Shown: positions 12,944-24,949 of the stretch, piece by piece | Position numbering within the stretch: the stretch's first letter is position 1 | Layout: each line of letters begins with the position of its first letter | NCBI GenBank assembly: GCA_013265495.1 | Contig: MU057999.1 | Location: forward strand, 744,001 to 808,000 | Source of the DNA: Vicugna vicugna | Lineage: Eukaryota | Direction: 5' to 3' | DNA length: 64,000 nt | The notes under the pieces: generated by a model | What the model saw: the letters and a program-made list of their open reading frames with translations, nothing else | The model's database searches: none | What the model was told of the DNA's origin: nothing | Program-made: the position numbers and the translations under genes

Positions 12944-13466
12944 TGTAACAGAAAAGAACAAATCTGACTCCATATGAGATCTGTTTCTTTGGCTTTAACC
13001 CTGTGCCCTGTTTTCTAGGCTTAGTCTTGCTAGCTCTGCACCTGTTGTAAACAAATGTTGCCTTTAGCCTGAAATATACAGGACAGCCCATTCTCAAGGC
13101 TATGACCTTTAAGGATATTAACACTTTTGCACTTATATAAAGATAACAAGTTACAGAATAGAAGATAACATTTGTTTTCTTTAAGGTTTTACAGGGGCAC
13201 CATGACCTGACCCACGTGGACAGCTGCAAGAACTAAAAATCTCTACACCAAGAAGTTTGCAACAACAAAGCACACCACCTCCCATTTTTAGTATAAAAGG
13301 AGCCTGAATTCTGACTTGAGTTAAGATGGTTCTCAAAGACATTACTCTGCCATCTTCTCCGTCTGCCGGCTTTCAGAATAAAGTCGCTATTTCTTGCCCC
13401 AACACCTCAGCTCCCTATTTATTGGCCTGCCATGCGGTGAGCAGAACGAATCTGGACTCGGTAACA
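12944..13466 (+). mobile_element. Solo ERV LTR (ERV1-like)
   Basis: TG...CA termini (tgtaacagaa...ggtaaca), TATAAAA at 13292-13298, AATAAA at 13377-13382, and 4-bp flanks tcac/tcat consistent with a TSD carrying one mismatch. Confidence 0.85.
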
Positions 13467-15261
13467 TCATCAGACGTACTATTGCCTTTTTATGGTCATC
13501 ATTCTCCACTGCACTGGAAGCTCCCTCAGAGCAGAGCCTGTGTCTGTGTCCCCACAGTCTAGAGCAGAGCCTGTCTGGCTCCTGGCAGGTACCCAATAAT
13601 TATCTGTTGGATAAGTGAGTGACTGAGTGGCTAGCCAGGTGCCAGGAAAGCAGAGCCTGGGCTGGGTGTGTGGGTGGCGAGGGGATCAAGCTGGCTGAGT
13701 GGCCCAGTGCAGAGGGAGGCTGGCGAGGTCCAGGCTGAGAAGGAAGGTTCCCGAGAGCTTGAAAGGAATCTGGGATGCCATGCCAAAGCGACTGGTTTTC
13801 TTAGAAAGTGAGTAGCCATTCAGTTTCTGTGCTGGGAAGAAATAAGATCAAGCTTGGCTTGAGAAGGGTTTATTTGTCAGCAGGAAGACAGCAGAGGGGA
13901 GGGGATGGAACTGGGCGACCATTCGGACACTCTCCAGTTGCCCAGGGGAAGGCAGTGGGCTGGCATGGGGACGGGCTCACCAGCTTGGGACAAGGGCATC
14001 GGGAGGAAAATGTGGCAAGGAGACTTGGCCTGATGGGCCCCTCAGAAGCCTGGAATGCAGCAAAGGGCAGAAAGGAGTCTGAGACCCATCCATATGTTCC
14101 TCTGTGGGCGGAAGGCTGGAGGCAGAAGAGCAGGTGAAGCCGCCCAGGAACTGTCTACAGACCCAGCGAGCAGTGGTTCCAAGGACAGTGCCCAGTTGGG
14201 GGGAACCGCTTTGAGAGCTGAAAATGAAATACTAAGAAGTGATAAGACAGTCAGGGGAGCGAGGACTGTGGAAACTGAGGCAAGAGCTCCAGGAGGTCTG
14301 GTCCCTGATGTCAGAGGCTGCTGCAGGTTTAGGAGGACGCTAGGTAACTGGGAGAGGGTTGTTCCTGGGGTGACGGACAGCTCTAGTGATGTCAGGACAC
14401 ACCTGAGGGGATATGGCGGGGCAGACGGCAGCTGGCGTGCTGGTAAGGAGGAGGGTGTGGGAATGATGGTCGAAGCTGAGGCAGGGTTGGATGGAGGGTA
14501 GGGTAGAGGGAGGCAGCTGAGTCAGAGTGGGGGGGAAGCAAAACAGTATCAGCCTATGGAGAGGAGTCTGGCTGTGACTGGGGGGGAGCAGTCCTAGCAA
14601 AGCGGAGACTAAACATTCAGGGTGGGAAACTGAGGCTGGGAGAGGAGGACGGAGCACCTGGGAGGGGCTGTCATATTTGCCCACTGTTAACTCACTGACA
14701 ACTCTGGGAAAGGCTTGGAGGGGCACAGGCTAAGGAGGTGATTTAACAAGTCCTCTCTGACCCTGTAGGACCAGACCATCATCAGGTCTGGGGTGGGGGT
14801 GATGGGGTGAGGACATTTCATCAACACAGCATTGCAGCCTCAAGGCAGGACCTTGAGCTTGAACCCTCTGGCTACCCCGAGAGACAGGCAATGATGGCAG
14901 AGCTGAGGGGCTGACCCAGGGAGAACCAGGCTACCTCCAATGCCCTGTCCCCTCGTTGCTGCCTCTGCAAGTCCTTCCAACCCCTCACTCACAGTCATGG
15001 TGCCTTCCTCTGCACATACCTTCTTGAACCGTCTGCTGCCCTATTATATTCTGACCCCGTAGGGGACTGTGACACTGGTCCCCCCACCTGACTCATCTTC
15101 TGGTTCAGGGCCCTCTGTGGATGTTCACAGCGCATGTTTGGAGTGAAAAGCATAGGCAGCCAGAGACCTCGGGGGGGGGGGGCAAGAGCAGCAGGGGGCT
15201 GGCCAGGAAGCACATCCAGTGCCTGGCACACACTGGGGCTGTAGCCCCCAGATTCTCTGAA

Positions 15262-15520
15262 CCTCATTCATTCGGTCATCAGATACATGCCATCAACTTT
15301 GATGGGCCCAGCGCTGTTCTAGGCACTGACCATTCCGTACTGAACAAAGCACACACGAACCCCAAGAATGAAGACCCCTATTCTAATCAGAGGAGACCCA
15401 CAATAAAACTGATTAGTAAAAACCACACCCTGTTAGGTGGAGTGCTGTGGGGGCTGTGCCATGAGGATTGCATTAAATAGGGTGGTCAGGGTAAGTCTCG
15501 CTGAGAAGATGAAAGACAAG
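15262..15520 (-). mobile_element. L2 3' fragment
   Basis: tcattcattc start, ctgttctaggcactg and agggtggtcagggtaagtctcgctgagaagatga are L2-type motifs. Confidence 0.6.
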
Positions 15521-15758
15521 TTTGATTATTTAAAGCTCACCAGTCCTGGTGGGCTATAAGGGGAAGTCCTCAGCCTGCTCCTTCGCTAGGCCCCCTAGGT
15601 CGGGGCTTGGAGAGCTAGGACCGGCCGGTGCAGTTCTCCAGGAGCACCACCAGAGGGAGCCCGGACCCCTCCTAGCGCCTTCCGAGCCCTCCCGCACAGC
15701 CTTGCAAGCAAAAGTTTTTCTTAAACTAACAATGCCAGTGTAAGGAGGTGCTCGCGCC

Positions 15759-15802
15759 TGATTGGACGGGGGAATTTTGCAGGTTTGATTCCTTGATTGG
15801 AC
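15759..15802 (-). promoter_or_regulatory. Two reverse CCAAT boxes (candidate NF-Y sites)
   Basis: TGATTGGAC occurs twice (ATTGG at 15761-15765 and 15796-15800), about 60-100 bp upstream of the inferred TSS. Confidence 0.65.
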
Positions 15803-15858
15803 AGGAGGTGTTAGGGGTGGGGAGAGAGCTGATGGTGGGGGATCCCGCTCCCTCCCTC

Positions 15859-16229
15859 GTCAGTCTGGCCGGCTCCGTCCTCTCGTAGGCTCGGCTGTAG
15901 CTCGCAATGTGACACTAGGACGCACACGCACTCGCGCGCTCTCCCCGGCTCGCACTCCCTCGCCCTCTCACACACCCGCACGCACACACCCACCTCTCCC
16001 ATAAACACACACACACACATGCACACCCACACCCACGCGCGCCCGCACCGCCCCACGCGCGCACACTCCCGCCCACGCCCACGCCGCGCTCCGGGGAGTC
16101 CGGTCCCAGCCAGAGCGCGAAAGGATACGGAGAAGCCACCGGCGGGGAGCGCAGCGGCGCCCCGGGACGCGGCGCCCTCCCCGCGCGGCCGCCTCGGCTC
16201 GGGCTCGGCCTGGGAGCCGCCGGCCGGCG
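15859..16229 (+). other. EPHB1: EPHB1 exon 1 5'UTR (approximate start)
   Basis: Sequence from gtcagtctggccggctccgtcc through the CA-rich tract to the ATG closely resembles the human EPHB1 mRNA leader as recalled. The exact TSS cannot be determined from sequence alone. Confidence 0.8.
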
Positions 16230-16287
16230 ATGGCCCTGGATTGCCTGCTGCTGCTCCTCCTGGCAACCGCAGTGGCCGCGATGGAAG
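16230..16287 (+). CDS. EPHB1: Ephrin type-B receptor 1, coding part of exon 1 (signal peptide); gene continues beyond the window
   Basis: ATG in strong Kozak context (ggcgATGG) encodes MALDCLLLLLLATAVAAME, near-identical to the recalled human EPHB1 N-terminus MALDYLLLLLLASAVAAME. It ends after 58 nt at a phase-1 donor G|GTAACG and lies in a CpG island. Confidence 0.96.
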
Positions 16288-19200
16288 GTAACGTACCCTC
16301 CGCGGAGCAAGTTGGCAGCTGTATCACCCGGGTTTCTCTGGCGGCTACATGTCGCCCGCATCCCGCGACCCTAGAGCCAGGCGGTTGGGGAGCGTTGGCC
16401 GCGGCCGAGCGCGGGGCTGGGGCGGCACCCACAGGCGCGCCCCCGGCTGGCTTACAGCGCCCGCAGCTGGTTCGCGGAGCCCTCTGGCTCCCGCGCCCTG
16501 GCGCTCCCTGGCAGCCCCGGTCTCCCGCAGCTTCGGCTTGGAGAGCGCGGAGCCCGCTGCATTGCGGTGCAGGCTCCTTAGCTCCGGCGGAGCTGAGCGT
16601 TGGGGAAGTATGGACGCCTCGGGCGGTCCGGCCCCTGGAGTGCGGGCGCCTGTCTACTCCCTTCCTATCCCGGGCACAGATGCGCTTAGGCTGCCGCGCG
16701 TCCTCTCCTTTTCCTCTGCTTGCGGTCCGTGGACTCTAGGACTCTGGGCTCGGCGGGCTGGCGTTGCGCGCGGGGACCGATGAAGCTCTGGCCCGGTACC
16801 CCGCAAGTGGCCGCCGAAGGAGGAGCTGAGTTCATTGGCTGAACCCTCGGGGGACAGCCTGGTGGTCGGGGAGTCTGCGGGCTGCATCTCTCCGGGGTCA
16901 TTCGGGGTGAGGTGGACACCTTTGTCGCTTCCTGAGCCTGAAAACGGGGCGGGGTGTGGGGGGGTGTTCGGTCCTGCCGAAACTCGCCCAGTATCTCCTT
17001 CGTCCCGGCAAGGGAGCCGACGCGTAGCGACGCTCTCCCTGCTACTTCAGCGTTGGCTGTGCCTCCCTCCGCTGTGGCCGGGAAATCGCGCTCCGCGGGC
17101 ACCGCGCCTGGCGCAGCAGGGAGCCCCGCGCTCGGCTGCGCCCGCGAATCCCTGTGGGAAATCCCTGCCCCGCTCCCGCCTCCCGCCCCTTCCCCCGCCC
17201 CATTTCTCGCCGCCGAGCGGCGGCCGCAGCCCCTTCCCAAAGCGCTTCTCGGCCTAGAGCGGAGTTTAATGCCGGGATGAAAGCAACTGTGCGGGGAGAT
17301 GCGCGCCGCAGTCCAGCTCGCAGCCTCTGTGTCCGGGGCGGGTGAAACTCCACTGAGGGACTCCGAGGACGGGGAGCTCGCTCCGCTGAACTGCCCTGGT
17401 CCTCGCCCAGCTGCTACCGTGGCCCAGTGGAACCCGCCCCCTGTCCCCCAAGCCCCGGGTTCGGCGCCCCGACCCCTCTGGAAAGTATTGCCTTTCTGGA
17501 AGCGAAGCTGGGGCCTTCTGGCTCTAAGGCGGGTCTAAGATTACCCAGCCTCGTAGGGAAGACCACCATATCCCGCGTTCGTTCTGGTGGCGGCGCGGGG
17601 GTGCGGCGATGAATGCCTGGAAAGCTCGCTCTTGCTTTTCTGAAGGTGGCTTTTTGTCTGCCCTCCGCCTGCCACTGCCCTTTCTGGCTGCTGGTCTTTG
17701 TGCGGGGCGGGGTGCTTTTGGGAACGTGCAGGGACTGGAGCATTGGGGAGCGCGGCCAACATCCCGCAGAAAGGATGCTCGGGTTTGCCTTACTGGGGAG
17801 CAAGCGCGGGAGCGGTTAAATTAGGACAAGCCTGGCGAAGCACACCTCCAAACCGGTCAGGACGACCTGGGCGAGCGAGCATTTGCAACGGGCGAGGCTA
17901 GACTGGACTTTCTAGCTCTGGGGCGGCGCGTCCTGCTAGCCGCTCTTCGCGGCCCCTGGAGGGGCAGTGGCTTGCTCTCAGAGTGCAGGATAGGTGCCTA
18001 CTTTGGGAGCATGGTCCTGGCGTTGGGTCTGCGTCGTTGAAGGAGGACACTTGCATTCGAGCGAAATTGTTTGAAGGGCAGATGTGTGGGAACACACCAG
18101 GTGTCTGGCGGCGCGCGGTTTCCGCCCTAGACCCCTCCTGGGTTGGCCCTCCTTGTCTGCTCGCTGGAGCGGCCCAGGAAGGGTGCCAATGTGCCCACGC
18201 CCAGCCGTGTATACCGGCCCTGTCACCTGGGGCGTCTGGTGCTGCCCACGGTGTGGGGGCGGTGTTCTTTCCCTCCTCGCAGCCCAGGGAACTTTGCCAT
18301 TAGCCCCGCCAAGAAGAGCCCGGCTTTCTGGGCTGAACATCTCTCCTGCAAGGGTTAAAAGAAATGCCACATTCAGCAGAATATTAAAGCAGCCCCGGCG
18401 TCCCTGCTCAGTGCACAGGGATAGTACACACCATTCACTCCTTCGTCTCCTCGAATGAGCACAGGCAGGCTCATTTTCTACTCTCCACACGCGGAGCCGC
18501 CTTCCCGCCTGCCTGGCTGGGCTGGGGCCAGCGTCATTTCGCTTGTGATGAGTGAGGAATAATTATCAGAAAAGTGAATCAATGAGCTGCCTACACAGAG
18601 AGCAGATCCCACTCATACAACTGTGGCCAGGGGGCGCCTCTCCTTGCTGGTTTGGCCCCTTATGTGTCTGTCTATCTGTCTTCTTGTCTTCGCGGGTCTC
18701 TGGTGGAATTGTAGTGGGGCCTTGTCACCCAAGGCAGGCAGCTCCAAGACCAGGCTGGTCCTCAGCCCGGGCCAGGGCGAGGACAAAGGGATAGCAGTAG
18801 CCACGGGCCAGGTGGGGACACTTCACCAGAGGCAGGCAGGGCCCTATGGGACCCTCTGCCTGGGTGGAAGAAGGAGGGGCTGGCTAACCTGGAGAGTGGG
18901 AGACCCACCCTGAAGGAGACCGCCCCGCCCCCCGCCCACTTCCAGCCGGTGGCTCTGGCCTGTTGGGAGAGGGCACTGCAGGGAAAAGGCTCTCTGGGGC
19001 TTTTAAAGTCTATTTTCAGAGGGGAGCAGGGCAGGCTGGGAGGCAGGGATGCTGACTTCCTCAGGCCTTCTGGACACAGAACGAGGCCTCTTTTCTGCCT
19101 CTGGGAGAACAACTGCCTCTTCCAGTCCGCGCCTTTTCTCATTGGTCTCAGAGCTTGTTGAGGACCGGCTGCTGGCATCTACGGGCTGCCCCCTCTGAGC

Positions 19201-20542
19201 TGCCCTTTGGCCTGTGCCCTTCTGGTCGGGGGCTGAAGACATTCTCTCAAGGTGCAGCAGGAAGGACATGTCAGGCTGACAGCAGACACTTCGCCCTCTG
19301 GGTGGAGTATTTCTGGGCTAAGCCGTTGGCGCTTCTGGGAGGCAGCGATCTGGAATCACTGACAGCTCACAGCATCCTCCCAGCCCCAGCGTCTGTGAGT
19401 GACCATACACATGCAGGGGGCCTCAGTGTGCGACAGTGGCTGACCAGAGCACTCCTAGGAGAGCTGCCTTTTGATGTGGCCCAGAGTGAAATTCTGCACT
19501 TGCCACCGTTGAACCTGCATGTGTGTTTGCTTTGGTGGTAAATTTCTCAGGGCTTAACAAATAGTGGGTTCTCCGTAGGAATTCCTGAGGCCTGAATGCA
19601 TCCATGCCTGAGTTACAGTACCCCTTTGTAGGATACGTTACCTTGAAACGCAAGGGCACTGCATTCCACAGCACACAGTTAAGTCTCCATCACGGGTTCA
19701 CGGTGGAAACCCCCAAGCTCAGCCTGTGTGTCTGTAACAGGCTACCAGGCCCAGAAGTGATTGGCTCTCTGCATTCCCTGTGAAGATTTGTTTGCTACGA
19801 GTGCATCTGTTTTGGGTATCTGTGAGCGCGCATGAGCCTGCAAGCAGTAGCAGGCGCCAAAGATTGAAAAAAATGTCTAGCGGAGAAAAGTAAATTTGGA
19901 GAAAATTCTATCCATTAGCTGATTTTATTTTCTGTGCTTCGTGAAAAGGTGGCTATTACTCAGTGTTTGCGGAGGGACCCCCTGAAGCAGCGAGTGGAAT
20001 CCTGGTGAGGTAGGGTAATGCAGCCCTGGGCAATTGTTTGAGAGAAGTCTTGATAGTGTAGACAGCTGCTGAGGTAAGACCCAGCCCCAGACCGAACCTT
20101 CTGGATCGGCAGAACAGAGCTGCCCCAGCTGGAGCTGCTTACTTATTCTAACCTTAGAAACTGGACGAGACATACGTTATGAGGACACCCCAGTACTAGT
20201 TTAAAAATGAAGATGCTATGAAAGTCAAAGATACATTCGTATTATTAAACAAGATGATCATCTTAGCTAACTCCCGAAGAGTTCCTAGAAACGCTAAGGT
20301 TTAAGAATGTAGTGTTTCCAGCATGGGCAAAGGGTGGAGGCGATTTTGGAAGCCAGCAGTGTGGGGTATTATCTCAGGCAGGCATCTCAGGCTTCAGGCA
20401 GCCTCGTGGCACCTGGGCAATTCATTCTAGACTCCTGGACTCTATTCCCAAAAGGTCAGGTCTGGAAAGACCCTGAAAGTTGACGTTCTGGCCTCCCAGA
20501 AGATCCTGTTGTAGGTGCTTCCTGGAAACTTTGCCCAGAGGA

Positions 20543-20698
20543 ATGGTTCTAAATTAGGCTGCAGTCAGAAATCCTGAGCAGGTCTTGCTCTACTTGGCAC
20601 TTTGGGAGTTGGAACGGCCAGGGCATCTGCATTTTTAACAAAGGGACTTGGCGATTCAGATGCAGGGAGCCTGGCCCCAGTACATTTAGGAACTACTG
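20543..20698. mobile_element. MER5-like hAT-Charlie MITE
   Basis: tggttctaaa...gcatctgcatttttaacaa...gattcagatgc...tttaggaactactg. Confidence 0.55.
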
Positions 20699-20699
20699 A

Positions 20700-20925
20700 T
20701 AACAGCTAACACCTAACACTAGGTGCCATTCTAGGTGCTTTACATAAATTAATTCTCTTAATCTTTAGACAATCCTATCAGGTAGGTATTATTATCCATT
20801 CTCCTCTCCCATTTCTCAGATGAGAAGACTGAGGTCCAAAGGGTTTCAGTAATTCGATGATGCCACATAGCTAGTAAGTGGACTGCACTTGAACCCAGGC
20901 AATCCATGTTCTGTACCACTCCACT
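20700..20925 (-). mobile_element. MIR SINE
   Basis: MIR core motifs: ctaggtgctttacata, aatcctatcaggtaggtattatt, cagatgagaagactgagg, cacatagctagtaagtgg, ttgaacccaggc. Confidence 0.8.
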
Positions 20926-23344
20926 TCACTCTACTATTTTTGTAGGCTTTGTTTGAAGAAAGGTTCAGATCAGCCTGATTCTATGGGTGGGAAGAATTCT
21001 AATGCCTGATTCAGCCACTGACCATAGGGTACTTAACTGATGACTAGGGACTCCATATTTCCATGGTCTTGGAAGAAGAGATGATGGAAATGTTCGGATA
21101 ATCCCAGCACTTTGGTTCCAGCCCAGTTTCCCTGTAGCTCCCTTCCTGCCCCTTCTTTCCCACCTCCCACCCTCTTGCCACTCTATACACATGCAGATGT
21201 GGGGCTGGGAACAGCACAGCTTCTGGTAAGGAAGGATCCCGGGCATCTTTGCCCCTCTCCCTGCCCTGGCCAGCTCTCCCAAGGAAAAAAATGGTTGCGA
21301 ACAAGGGTCCCCAAAAGATGTGGGCCTGGGCATCCTGTGCATTCTGAGAGCAGTGGAGTGAGCACATGAGACCCTTACCTGTCCCCACCTGATCGTGTGA
21401 GGCACATCCCTGCACCAGCTTCCGGGAGCCCACATTCCTTGGAAGAGCTCTCTTTATGTCTCTGTCTTCTGCATTAGCCACTGAAGCAACCTGAATATTT
21501 CTCTCAGATTTCCATGTCTCCAAAGGTGGTGGAGAAACAGAGTATTGGATGCCTGCCCTTCTGAGGAAATTACTATAATAATAAAGTAACACCCTGGGAG
21601 AGATTCCATATTTAAGAGCACAATTTTGCATGAGAAATTTCTCAACCCCTTCCATGGATGCCATTTCAATTATAGCGACAGTCTGGGCCCTCAGGTGTGT
21701 GTTTGTGTTCAGAGGTCGGGGATGGGGGGATTGAATGGCCAGCTCAGGGCCACCTGCTCCATCAAGGTCCCTGACACCTGATGTCTGAGCCACCTCGCTG
21801 GCTTTTGTTAATCACTCCTGGGGGTTAGAGAGATGGGAACACACTTGGCAGGGAGGCGGGGAGGCTGGAGAGCTTGGTTCTTTTTTGCTTTCCATCTGAC
21901 CTAGGGCTCAGGAAGCAGCAGGACGTACAGTTAGCTCTTGCCCTCCCTGGACCCAGTGTTCTCATTGTTGAAAGACTAAAGGAGGGGTTGTTATGATGGA
22001 GAGGGTAGCAGGGGCTTGGGGTGGGGGCAAACCCCAGATAGAAGTAGCGGGGCTTGGGGTTGACAGCTGTAGGTGAAGTGCAGTCCGCGGCGTTGTGACC
22101 CCCTGGCTGGTTGTGGGCGGGGTGTGGATCCTGCAGCAGTAGCTCAGAGAGAGTGAGGGTGAGCCTGGCCAAAATCAAAAGGGCCTTGGCCTAGTGCCCT
22201 GCTCAAGAAGACCCCGCTCTCAGGACCTGTCACTGCCCAGGCCGTGCAGCTGGTGCAGGTGGCACCTGGACCGCAGCCCCCTCCAGTCCGTTTCCGCAGA
22301 GGTTTCGTCTCCACAGCCTGGGAAGGGCACCTTACCTACCTGCTCCCTCACTCCCCAGGCAGCGTGGAGTGTCAGCCCCAGAACCGAAAATCTGGGGCCT
22401 TACGCAACACCATAAGGATCCTGCTGATGATGGGGACTTCGGATGCTCCGTCCACCAGTGGGGAAACAAGGTGATGAAAAAGGCCAGGTCTCCCCCTCCC
22501 TCCCCAGTAGAGGTGCTCCTCCCGGGCACCGGACACCCCAGCACCTGCAGACACCACCATCAGCAGCTGCTGAAGGAGGCTGCTCTGTCCCCTCCTGGAA
22601 GGTTCCCTCAGAGCGTTCGGCAGCAGAACTGGGCTGAGGTGGAAACATACAGGAAGTTTTCAGAGAATTACCAGGACTCATTTCTGCCCACAGGTTGCAC
22701 CTGAGGCCCTGCCTGTCTCTCCTCTCGCCCCTCCCGCTCCCCGGCAGCAAGTGACAAAATGACCGATTTGAATTTAACCTCCTTGAGCTGCTGCTTCGTC
22801 CCCCAGCGGAGGTGATAATGAGCAGAGAAATGGGCAGAAGCAGGGGGCCAGGAGGGGAGGGGCCGGTGAGGGAGCGTGGCCCCGGGCTGTAGCCTCGCAC
22901 TAGCTTCTGAGGTCCCTGGGACTGAGCCTGGAAGCCGACAGGGCCTCAGGCTTGTTCATCCGGAGCAGGACTGGAGACAAGTTTTAGGGAAGGGAGGAGA
23001 CTTTCCAGAAATTCTGTAGCCTGGCAGCACCAGAGCCAGGACTGGACTGAGCTGCTATGGCCCCTCGAGCATCTACCATGTGCTGATCCCCAAGCCCTTA
23101 CTGTCCCAGCATCTGCTCTCCCATTTTCCAGGTGAGGGAGGAGAGGCTTTGAGAGGGTAAGTTACTGGCATGAGAGCTGAGATTCAAACCGAACTTTTGA
23201 CAAACTAAGTTGGACAGCTCCTCAGGCCTCTGCCTCCCAGTTCAGTGCTTTTCCATTGAACATTGCTTACTCATGAGTTTAATCAGGAGGCACTTATTAA
23301 GCACCAGCTGTTTATTCACTGTCTGGCCGGGTGCTGTCAAAGGT

Positions 23345-23584
23345 ACCCTAACTTATTTTTTAGAATTTGCCACAGGAGTCACCTCCTCCTGGAAGCCTTC
23401 CTCCCAGCCCCAGGCTGGATTCGGTGGCCTGCTGGTCCCACCACAGCCACCTCTGCCGCCCTCTGTGGGAGCACAGTCCACACTGTCTGTGGTGGTGTGT
23501 TGACTTCTCTGGGTACCCCGCAGCTCTGTGAGCCCCTGAAGGATGGGGCTCTACCTTAATTGTCATGGTATCCCCAGCGTGTGG
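23345..23584 (+). repeat. Local direct duplication, copy 1 (L2-like sequence)
   Basis: Aligns by eye with 24950-25171 from accctaacttattttttagaatttgcc to gtatcccc. Confidence 0.92.
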
Positions 23585-24949
23585 CTCTGGGTCTCCACGC
23601 CCGTCCCTGGGGCAGGTTCTCCTCTTGCTCTCTGGAATTGCCCCACCTGTGCCTCCAGCTGGAAGAAAACCTTTTTCTTTCTCTGTTTGCGTTTTCCTAT
23701 TTGCACATGGCCTTTCCCACGTGCCCCCACCCGTCAGACCCCCACTGTGGTCATTAGTGGTTTTCTTTTTGCTGTGAGTCTGTCTGGCTCTGATCTTTGA
23801 CGAGCTGTGTGGCTTAGATGGTTGCAGCTTGGCTTCTGTGCCTGGCTCTTGGCAGCAGGGGGTGTGTGTTGTGGGGGCAGGTTGCTGTGGGCCTCCTGGA
23901 GCTCCCGCCGTAGGCCCGCCTTCCAGAGGAAGGGCCGGCTGCCGGTGTTCACTGTTGAGGGCTGACCTGGCTTCTGTCCTGTGCACCCCGCCCTGCCTGG
24001 GCCTGTGTTACTCCCGGAGTTCTGGCAGCTTCTGCCCATCTGGTCAGGTGCAGACCCATGACATCAGGGGAGGACGCTGGGATTTAGCATCAGGTCTGAG
24101 CATGGCAGGATATGTGGGAGGAGGGAAGAGAGAACCCCCTCAGCATCCTAGTCTCAGTGGACAGGATCTGGTCCCCTCAGGGCCACACCCGTGGACAGGG
24201 CTGAGCGGGAGGATCGGGGATGATAGCCAGCAGCTTCGTCGACAGTGGCGGCTGAGAAAATGCCTTATCTGTGAGAGCCAGCTGGGCCCTGCGGTTAACT
24301 GTTCTGTTGTTTTCCTCTTGCTGTTTTTCCAGCACATCAAGGTGGGACCTTTGCCCCTGGCTTTCTCATTGATGCTGAGGCTAGAGCTGGGTGATGCGCT
24401 TGGAAAGGGGAGAGAGGAGGGAGGAGCCTCACTAGGGAGGGCTGGGAGGGCAGCCCATCCAGGGATGCTGTCAGCCCCTCTGGCCATGCATCCAGGTGGT
24501 CTGGGTGGTGGGAGTGCAGGCTGTGAGCTTCAGGGCAAAGAGAAGGGTCTCAGGAACAGAACATCTACCGTGTTGTGGGCGGGTGCCCAGGGACCTGTGC
24601 TGGGCACTGGTCAGGCTGTACTTTGGGTGTCAGACCACATTGTGCTATTTGGCATTGCCCTGGCTGGCACATATATGAATCTCTTCCAGCACTTTCAGGA
24701 CTGATGCAAGACCCTTCATAGTCTGGGTCTTCCATTCCCTTTCCCAACAGCACCTCCCGCTGCTCTGTCTTCCCCTGCTCCACACAGGCACTGATGCACA
24801 CCCACTGCTCAGGTACATGCACCCCGGCATCCCCTTTTCTTTTCCGCATCTGTGTGGGGGCCCAGCTGAGCCTTCTGCTGCTCTGTGCCTCTGGGGCTGC
24901 CCCTGCTTGCTCTGCCTGTGTTGCATTTTTAACCAGCTTTTCTTGGCTA

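Larger units (their letters stand above)
15740..18100. promoter_or_regulatory. CpG island spanning the EPHB1 promoter, exon 1 and the start of intron 1
   Basis: Visibly very GC-rich with dense CpG/CGCG compared with the CpG-poor flanks. Boundaries approximate. Confidence 0.92.

Noticed and set aside
16230..16739. 169-aa ORF starting at the EPHB1 ATG
   Set aside because: Only the first 19 codons are EPHB1. The rest is read-through past the splice donor into GC-rich intron.
15811..17353. Several overlapping antisense ORFs in the CpG island
   Set aside because: Stop codons are depleted in very GC-rich DNA, and the products are Ala/Arg/Gly/Pro-rich without domains.
21044..21793. 249-aa minus-strand ORF
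   Set aside because: No recognisable homology, promoter or exon context.
23829..24704. Longest ORF in the track (291 aa)
   Set aside because: No recognisable domain, low-complexity G/L/S/P composition, and it lies in GC-rich intron. Consistent with chance.
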